A DNA stretch of 64,000 nt. It comes from the human T2T-CHM13v2.0 reference genome, Homo sapiens. The notes under the pieces are model-generated. The model ran no database searches. It was not told where the DNA came from and saw nothing but the letters and a program-made list of their open reading frames with translations. The stretch lies in NCBI RefSeq assembly GCF_009914755.1, contig NC_060930.1, one strand, 5' to 3'. The translations under genes and the position numbers were made by a program. Position 1 is the first letter of the stretch. Every line of letters starts with the position of its first letter. This document shows, piece after piece, positions 52,254 through 64,000 of this stretch.

Positions 52254-55200
52254 AAAAAGAATGTTTTTGGCTCCCACATATGGCTGAAAATATGTGATAT
52301 TTGTCTTTCTGTGCCTGGCCTTTTTCACTTAACATAATGACCTCAAGTCCCATTCATGTTGCTGCAAATGACATTTCATTCCTTTTTGTAGTCAAATAGT
52401 ATTCCATTGCATATATGGCACATTTTCTTTATCCATTCATCCACTGATGGACATTTAGGTTGATTTTATCTCTTTGCTATTGTGAATAGTGCTGCAGTAA
52501 ACATGTGAATGCAAATACACGTTTAAGGTACTAACTTCTTTTCCTCTGGATAAATATCCTGTAATGGGATTGTCGTATCATATGGTAGTGTGATTTTCAG
52601 ATTTTTGAGACATCTCCATACTGTTTTCTGTAGAGACTGTATTAATTTACATTCCCACCAACAATGCATGTGTTCCTTTTTCTCCACATCTCAGCTAATT
52701 CATCAGTGATGTACAGAAACACTACTGATTTTTGTCTCTTTCTATCAGTCATTTTACCTGGAGTAAGATGATATGTCCTTGTGGTTTTGATTTCAATTTC
52801 CATGATGATTTGTGATATTGAGCATTTTTGTATGTTTTCTTTTGAGAAATGTCTACTCAAATCCTTTGGCCATTTTTTTAGTGGGATTATTAATTTTTTT
52901 TACTGTTTAATATCTTGCATATTCTGCCTATTAGTCCCTTTTCAAATGATTAGTTTTTCAAATATTTTCCCCCATTCAACGGGTTGTTTCTTTACTCTCT
53001 TTTCTTGCTATGCAGAAGCCTTTGTAGTTAATATGGTCCAATTTATCTATTTTAGTTTTTGTTGTCTGTGTTTTTGAGGTCTTAGCCATAAAATCTTTGC
53101 CAAGACCAATATCTTGAAGTGCTTCTACAATGTTTTCTTCTAGTAGTTTTATAGTTTCAGTTCTTAGGTTTAAGTCTTTAATCCATCTTAAGTTGATTTT
53201 TGTATACGGTCAGAGTTAGGGGTCCAGTTTTATTCTTCTGCATTCTGCAATTTTCCCGGCACCATTTACTGAAGAGGGTGTCCTTACTCCGGTGGATGTT
53301 CTTGGAGCCTTTGTTGCAAATTAGTTCTCTGTAAACACATGGATTTGTTTCTGGCTTCTCTATTCTGTTCAATTTGTAAGTGTGTCTGTTTTTATACCAA
53401 TAATATTCTATTTTGGTTACTAAATCCTTGTAATATATTTTGAGGTAAGGAAGTGTGTTTCTTTGTTCTTTTTGCTCTAGATTGCTTTGGCTACCTGGGC
53501 TCTGTATTGGTTCTATGCACATTTTAAAATAGCTTTTTCTTTTTCTGTGAAACATGGTGTTGGTATTTTGACAGAGATTGCATTGACTCTTCAGATTTTT
53601 TTGAGTAGTCATTTTAAAGATATTAATTTCTCTGATTTATGAGCGTGGGGTGTCTTTCCATTTTTTGTGTCCTCTTCATTTACTATGATCAGAGTTTCAT
53701 AATTTTGCTTGTAGAAATCTTTCACCTCCTTGGTTAAATTTATTCCTAGGTTTTTTTTAATTTTGGGGGCTATTTTAAATGAAATTTCCTTTTGAATTTT
53801 CTCTCAGCTAATTCATCAGTGATGTATAGAGACACTACTGATTTTTGTATGTTGATTTGATATTCTGCAACTGTACTGGATTTATCAGATCTAATAGTTT
53901 TTTGGTAGAGTCTTTAGATTTTTATAGAAATAAAATTATATCATTGGCAAAAAGATACATTTGATTTCCTCTTTCCAATGCAGATATATTTTTTTCTTCG
54001 TCTGATTTCTGTTACAAGGACTTTCAGTATTATGATGAATAAGAGTGGTGAAAGAGGGCATCCTTGTGTTGTCCTAGCTCTTAGAGAAAGTTCTTTCACC
54101 TTTTCCTCATTCAGTAGGATGTTACTTGTGGGTTTGTCATATATGGCCTTTATTATGTTGAGGCATTATTCTTCTATGCCTAATTCGTTGAGAGTTTTTA
54201 TCATAAGAAGATGTTGAATTTTATAGGATGTGATTTCTGCATCTACTGAGATAAATATATGGCCTTTGTACATCATTATTTTCATGTAATGTATCACATT
54301 TATTCATTTGTGTATGTTGAACCATCCTAGTATCCCTGGAATAAGTCCCACTTAATCATGGTGTATTTTTTTTTGATGTGCTGTTGAAATTGGTTTCCTA
54401 CAATTTGTTCAATTATTTTGCATTTATATTCATCAGGAATATTGGCATCTAGTGCTTTTTCTTTCTTTCTCTTTTTTTTTGTCATTCTTGTCTCATTTTA
54501 GTGTCAGGGTAATGTTGGCATTGTGCAATTAGGTAGTGAGACTTCCCTCCTATTCAATTGTTAGGAATAGTTTGAGGAAAATGATGTTAGTTATTCTTTG
54601 AAAATTTGGTAGAATTTAGTGATGAAGCCATCTGGTCCTGCACTTTTCTTTCTTAGGAGACTTATTATTATTGACTCAATTTTATTACTCATTATTGGCC
54701 TGTTCAGGTTGTCTGTTTCTTCCTGATTGCATATTGGTGGGTTGTATGTGTCCAGAAATGTGTCCATTTCCTTTAGGTTTTCTAGTTTGTTAGTGTATAG
54801 TGGTTCATAATACTATTTTATTATCTTTTTATTTCAGTGATATCAGTTGTAATGTTTCCTTTTTCATTTCTAATTTGTATATTTAGATCTTCTTTCTATT
54901 TTCTTGGTTAGCCTAGCAAGTAGTTTATCAATTTGTTTACCTTTGAAAATAACCAATGTTTGTTTGATTGATCTCCCGTATTTATTTAGCTTTGCTCTGA
55001 TCTTATTATTTATTTTACTAATTTTGAGTCTGGTTTGTTTTTGTGTATCTAGCTTATAGAGTTGCATTGTTAGATTGTTTATTTGAAATCTTACTATTTT
55101 TTCCATGTAGGCATTTATTGCTGGAAATTTTCCTTCTTTTCCACATCCCGTATGTTTTTGGTATGTTGTGTTTCAATTTTCATTTGTTGCAAGAATTTTT

Positions 55201-56610
55201 TTGATTTTCTCCTTAATTTTGTCCTTAACCTAATGATCATTCAAGAGCATGTTGCTTAGTTTCTATGTATTTATAGTTTCTCAAGTTCTCTTGTTATTGA
55301 CTTTGACCTTTACTGCACTGTTGTCTGAGAAAATACTTTATATTTTTATTTTTATTTTTTTATTTTATTATTATTATACTTTAAGTTTTAGGGTACATGT
55401 GCACAATGTGCAGGTTTGTTACATATGTATACATGTGTCATGTTGGTGTGCTGCACCCATTAACTCATCATTTAGCATTAGATATATCTCCTAATACTAT
55501 CCCTCCCCCATCCCCCCACCCCACAACAGTCCCCAGAGTGTGATGTTCCCCTTCCTGTGTCCATGTGTTCTCATTGTTCAATTCCCACCTATGAGTGAGA
55601 ACATGCGGTGTTTGGTTTTTTGTCCTTGTGATAGTTTACTGAGAATGATGATTTCCAATTTCATCCATGTCCCTACAAAGGACATGAACTCATGACTTTT
55701 TATGGCTGCATAGTATTCTGTGGTGTATATATGTGCCACATTTTCTTAATCCAGTCAATCATTGTTGGACATTTGGGTTGGTTCCAAGTCTTTGCTATTG
55801 TGAATAGTGCCACAATAAACATACGTGTCCATACGTCTTTATAGCAGCATGATTTATAGTCCTTTGAGTATATACCTAAAGTAATGGGATGGCTGGGTCA
55901 AATGGTATTTCTAGTTCTAGATCCCTGAGGAATCGCCACACTGACTTCCGCAATGGTTGAATGAGTTTACAGTCCCACCAACAGTGTAAAAGTGTTCCTA
56001 TTTCTCCACATCCTCTCCAGCACCTCTTGTTTCCTGATTTTTTAATGATTGCCTTTCTAAGTGGTGTGAGATGGTATCTCATTGTGGTTTTGATTTGCAT
56101 TTCTCTGATTGCCAGTGATAATGAGCATTTTTTAGGTGTTTTTTGGCTGCATAAATATCTCCTTTTGAGAAGTGTCTGTTCATGTCCTTCGCCCACTTTT
56201 TGTTGGGGTGGTTTGTTTTTTTCTTATACATTTGTTTGAGTTCACTGTAGATTCTGGATATTAACCCTTTGACAGATGAGTAGGTTGCGAAAATTTTCTC
56301 CCATTTTGTAGGTTGCCTGTTCACTCTGATGGTAGTTTCTTTTGCTGTGCAGAAGCTCTTTAGTTTAATTAGATCCCATTTGCCAATTTTGTCTTTTGTT
56401 GCCATTGCTTTTGGTGTTTTAGACATGAAGTCCTTGCCCATGCTTATGTCCTGAATGGTAATGCCTAGGTTTTCTTCTAGAGTTTTTATGGTTTTAGGTC
56501 TAAAGTTTAAGTCTTTAATCCATCTTGATTTAATTTTTGTATAAGGTGTAAGGGAGGGATCCAGTTTCAGCTTTCTATATATGGCTAGCCAGTTTTCCCA
56601 GCACCATTTA

Positions 56611-57972
<1,362 letters not shown>

Positions 57973-58012
57973 TCATCTCACTAGGGAGTGCCAGACAGTG
58001 GGCGCAGGACAG

Positions 58013-58318
58013 TCAGTGTAGCGCACCATGCGTGAGCCGAAGCAGGGCGAGGCATTGCCTCACTTGGGAAGTGCAAGGGGTCAGGGAGTTCCCTTTCCTA
58101 GTCAAAGAAAGGGGTGACAGAGGGCACCTGGAAAATCGGGTCACTCCCACCCTAATACTGCGCTTTTCCGATGGGCTTAAAAAACGGTGCACCAGGAGAT
58201 TATATCCTGCACCTGGCTCGGAGGGTCCTATGCCCATGGAGTCTTGCTGATTGCTAGCACAGCACTCTGAGATCAAACTGCAAGGCGGCAACGAGGCTGG
58301 GGGAGGGGTGCCCGCCAT
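58013..58318 (-). CDS. L1 ORF0 (antisense 5'UTR ORF), 101 aa in this copy; expression unknown
   Basis: MAGTPPPASLPPCSLISECCASNQQDSMGIGPSEPG...SEKRSIRVGVTRFSRC matches primate L1 ORF0; ATG at 58316-58318. Confidence 0.6.
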   Translation of the reverse strand: MAGTPPPASLPPCSLISECCASNQQDSMGIGPSEPGAGYNLLVHRFLSPSEKRSIRVGVTRFSRCPLSPLSLTRKGNSLTPCTSQVRQCLALLRLTHGALH

Positions 58319-60516
58319 TGCCCAGGCTTGCTTAAGTAAACAAAGCAGCCAGGAAGCTCGAACTGGATGGAGCCCACCACAGCTCAAGGAGGCCTGCCTG
58401 CCTCTGTAGGCTCCACCTCTGAGGGCAGGGCACAGACAAACAAAAAGACAGCAGTAACCTCTGCAGACTTAAGTGTCCCTGTCTGACAGCTTTGAAGAGA
58501 GCAGTGGTTCTCCCAGCATGCAGCTGGAGATCTGAGAACGGGCAGACTGCCTCCTCAAGTGGGTCCCTGACCCCTGACCCCCAAGCAGCCTAACTGGGAG
58601 GCATCCCCCAGTAGGGGCAGACTGACACCTCACACGCCCTGGCACTCCTCTGAGACAAAACTTCCAGAGGAACGATCAGACAGCAGCATTCACGGTTCAC
58701 AAAAATCTGCTGTTCTGCAGCCACTGCGGCTGATACCCAGGCAAAAAGGGTCTGGAGTGGACCTCTTGCAAACTCCAACAGACCTGCAGCTAAGGGTCCT
58801 GTCTGTTAGAAGGAAAACTAACAAACAGAAAGGACATCCACACCAAAAACCCATCTGTACATCACCATCATCAAAGACCAAAAGTAGATAAAACCACAAA
58901 GATGGGGAAAAAACAGCAGAAAAACTGGCAACTCTAAAAAAGCAGAGTTCCTCTCCTGCTCCAAAGGAATGCTGTTCCTCACCAGCAATGGAACAAAGCT
59001 GGACGGAGAATGACTTTGACAAGTTGAGAGAAGAAGGCTTCAGACGATCAAACTACTCTGAGCTCCAGGAGGAAATTTAAACCAAGGCAAAGAAGTTAAA
59101 AACTTTGAAAAAAAATTTAAATGAATGTATAACTAGAATAATCAATACAGAGAAGTGCTTAAAGGAGCTGATGGAGCTGAAAGCCAAGGCTCGAGAACTA
59201 CATGAAGAATGCAGAAGCCTCAGGAGCCAATGCAATCAACTGGAAGAAAGGGTACCAGTGATGGAAGATGAAATGAATGAAATGAAGTGAGAAGGGAAGT
59301 TTAGAGCAAAAAGAATAAAAAGAAATGAACAAAGCCTCCAAGAAATATGGGACTATGTGAAAAGACCAAATCTATGTCGGATTGTTGTACCTGAAAGTGA
59401 CGGGGAGAATGGAACCAAGTTGGAAAACACTCTGCAGGATATTATCCAGGAGAACTTCCCCAATCTAGCAAGGCAGGCCAACATTCAGATTCAGGAAATA
59501 CAGAGAACGCCACAAAGATACTCCTCGAGAAGAGCAACTCCAAGACACATAATTGTCAGATTCACCAAAGTTGAAATGAAGGAAAAAATGTTAAGGGCAG
59601 CCAGAGAGAAAGGTCGGGTTACCCACAAAGGGAAGCCCATCACACTAACAAGCAGGACTCTCGGCAGAAACTCTAAAAGCCAGAAGAGAGTGGGGGCCAA
59701 TATTCAACATTCTTAAAGAAAAGAATTTTCAACCCAGAATTTCATATCCAGCCAAACTAAGCTTCATAAGTGAAGGAGAAATAAAATACTTTACACATAA
59801 GCAAATGCTGAGAGATTTTGTCACCACCAGGCCTGCCCTAAAAGAGCTCCTGAAGGAAGCACTAAACATGGAAAGGAACAACCAGTACCAGCCACTGCAA
59901 AATCATGCCAAACTGTAAAGACCACAGAGGCTAGGAAGAAACTGCATCAACTAACAAGCAAAATAACCAGTTAACATTATAATGACATGATAAAATTCAC
60001 ACATAACAATATTAACTTTAAATGTAAATGGACTAAATGCTCCAATTAAAAGACACAGACTGGCAAATTGGATAAAGAGTCAAGACCCATCAGTGTGCTG
60101 TATTCAGGAAACCCATCTCACGTGCAGAGACACACATAGGCTCAAAATAAAAGGATGGAGGAAGATCTACCAAGCAAATGGAAAACAAAAAAAGGCAGGG
60201 GTTGCAATCCTAGTCTCTGATAAAACAGACTTTAAACCAACAAAGATCAAAAGAAACAAAGAAGGCCATTACATAATGGTAAAGTGATCAATTCAACAAG
60301 AAGAGCTAACTATCCTAAATATATATGCACCCAATACAGGAGCACCCAGATTCATAAAGCAAGTCCTGAGTGACCTACAAAGAGACTTAGACTCCCACAC
60401 AATAACAATGGGAGACTTTAACACCCCACAGTCAATATTAGACAGATCAACGAGACAGAAAGTTAACAAGGATACCCAGGAATTGAACTCAGCTCTGCAC
60501 CAAGCGGACCTAATAG

Positions 60517-60915
<399 letters not shown>

Positions 60916-60918
60916 TAA

Positions 60919-61536
<618 letters not shown>

Positions 61537-61685
61537 TAAAATTTGTTGAGATACTTTTTTTGTGTCCTAATATATGGTCTATCCTACAGAATCCCATGTG
61601 CTGATGAGGAAAAAATGTGTATTCTGTAGCTGTTGAATTAAATCTCCTGTAAATGTCTGTTATCTCCAACGGTCTAACATGCAGC

Positions 61686-61724
<39 letters not shown>

Positions 61725-63308
61725 TGTATTTGTATAAATTTAAGGGGTACTAGTACAATGTGGTTACATGGATATATTGCACACTGGTGAAGTCTGGGTT
61801 CTTAGTGTGTCTATTATCTGAATAATGTACATTGTACCCATAAAGTAATTTATTATCACCAACCCCTCCCACCATTCCATCCCTCCTTGTCTCCAGTGTT
61901 TATTATTCTACACCCTATCTCCACTTGTACACATTATTTAGCTCCCAGTTACAGTTGAGAACATGTTGTATTTGACTTTTTGTTTTGAGTTCTTTCACTT
62001 AAGGTAATGGCTTCCAGTTATATACATGTTGCTGCAAAAGACATTTTCCCTTTATTATGGCTGAATATTATCCCATTGTGTATATATACCATATTTTCTT
62101 TAGCCAACCACCCATTAATCAACACTTATCTTTTCTATTGTAAGTGATTCCCTATCTTTTCTATTGTAAATAGTGCTGTGATAAACATACAAGTGAAGAT
62201 ATATTTTTGATATAATGATTTGTTTTCCTTTGGGTAGATACTCAATAATAGGATTGCTGGGTTGAATGGTAGTTCTGTCTGTAGTCCTTTGAGAAATCTC
62301 CATACTGTTTCCATACTGTTGTACAAAGTCACATTCCCCTAGTGTGTAAGTATTCCCTTTTCTCTGCATCCTTGCCAGCATATGTTAATTTTAACTTTTT
62401 AATAATAGTCATTCTGACTGGTATAAGATGGTATCTCTTTATGGTCTTAATTTGCATTTCTCTGATGATTAGTGATGTTGAGTGTTTTTTCATATGTTCA
62501 CTGATGATTTGCATGTCTTCTCTTTAGAAAGTTTTATTCATATTATTTGACTTCCTTTTATTATTTGTTGGGGGTTATTTGCTGTTTTTTTGTGGTTGAG
62601 TTGTTTGAGTTCCTCATAAATTCTGGATATTAGTTTCTTGTCAGCTTTATAGTTCGAATATAATCTCTTCCATTCTGCAGTTTGTCTGTTCACTCTATTG
62701 ATTATTTCTTTTGCCATGCAGAAGATTTTTAGTTTAAGTAACTCTATTTTTAGTTTGTATATTTTGGGGTTTTTTGCATGTGCTTTTGAAGTCTTAATTA
62801 TGAATTCTTTGCTTAGGCCAATGTCCAGAAGAGTCTTCCCTAGATTTTCTTCTAGTATGTTTGTAATTTCAGATCTTACATTTAAGTCTTTTATCTATCT
62901 TGAATCGATTTATGTTTATAGTGACAGATAGGGGTTCTCTTTCATTCTTCTGCATATGGCATTCCAATTTTCCCAGCACTATATATTGAAAGGTATACCA
63001 TTTTCCCAATGTATGTTTTTGTCATTTTTGTTAAAGATTAGTTGGAAGCAGATATGTCACTTTATTTCTGGATTCTCTATTCTGTTCCATTTGTCTAGGT
63101 GTCTATTTTTATACTTGTACCATGCTGTTTTGCCTGCTCCAGCCTTGTATTATAATTTGAAATCAGATAATGTTATGCCTCCAGCTCTGTTCTATTTGCT
63201 TAGGATTACTTCATTATCTGGACTTATTTGAGGTTCCATATGAATTTTAGAATTATTTTTTCTTCTGTGAAAAATGACACTGAGATACTGATAAGGATTG
63301 CATTGAAT
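61686..63308 (-). mobile_element. L1MA1-3/L1PB4-like 5'-truncated element nested in the older L1
   Basis: (TTTA)n tail followed by TTTAAGGGGTAC...GTTACATGGATATATTGC...GGTGAAGTCTGGG; host L1 resumes at AAATTCAATGTTTC (~63309). Confidence 0.8.
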
Positions 63309-64000
63309 AAATTCAATGTTTCTTTATTAATTTTGTATCCAACTGATCTGTCTAATGCTGACAGTGTTAAAGTCCACAGCTATGATTGTATTGAAGTGTA
63401 TCTCTCCTGTCACATTAATAATATTTTATTTATATATCTAGATGCTCTGGTGTCAGGTATATTTAGAACTGTTATATCCTCTTGCTGAAGTGATCACTTT
63501 ATCATTATATATCATTATACATAAACGTTTTTGTCTCTTTTGCTGTTTTTGATTTAAAAGTCTCTTTTATCTGATATAAATATAGCTACTCCTGCTTTTT
63601 TCTTGTTCCATTTACATGGAATATCTGTTTCCATCCCTTTACTTTCAGTTTGTGTCTTTACGGATAAGATGAGCTTCTTATTCATACACAGTGTATAATT
63701 GGGTCATTTTTTAATCCTTTCTGTCAATCTATATTCTTTACATGGAAAATTTAATCAATTTATATTCAAGGTAATTATTGATGTGTGAGGGTTTATTTCT
63801 GTCATTTTATTAGTTAGCTTCTGGTTGTTTTGTATATTATTTGTTCCTTTCTTTCTTTTTGTTTTCCATTGTGAGTTGGTTGTTTCCTGTAGTGGTAATC
63901 TTTGAGTCTTTTATCTTTCTTTATGTGTTCATTCTACCAGTGGTTTTTATTTTTGTGTGTTTTAATGATGATAGACACTGTCCTTTCACTTTCAGGTATA

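Overview
Human (primate) non-genic, AT-rich DNA dominated by transposable elements. No intact cellular protein-coding gene, rRNA, tRNA or CRISPR array is supported; essentially all long ORFs in the track are L1, Alu, Tigger1 or MaLR relics. An L1HS pre-Ta diagnostic (ACG at 25691-25693) points to human. The left ~4.3 kb resembles immunoglobulin heavy-chain V (IGHV) locus DNA: an IGHV1-type 5' flank interrupted by an L1, and a degenerate minus-strand V relic with an RSS remnant. It then gives way to MIR/L2-containing sequence, which suggests an orphon or duplicon edge. The most notable structures are: (1) a nearly full-length L1PA3-type element whose entire 5' 3.6 kb is inverted, so its antisense promoter faces an open but catalytically mutated RT-domain ORF; (2) a 1.2-kb L1-mobilised non-L1 retrocopy with TSD, AATAAA and poly(A) inside an LTR16; (3) a young L1HS pre-Ta 3' end inserted in register into an older L1; (4) an Alu with a 5' inversion. 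I found no convincing new biological system. These are unusual instances of known retrotransposition mechanisms. Subfamily names come from recalled consensus motifs, not from a database search, and boundaries of old repeats are approximate.
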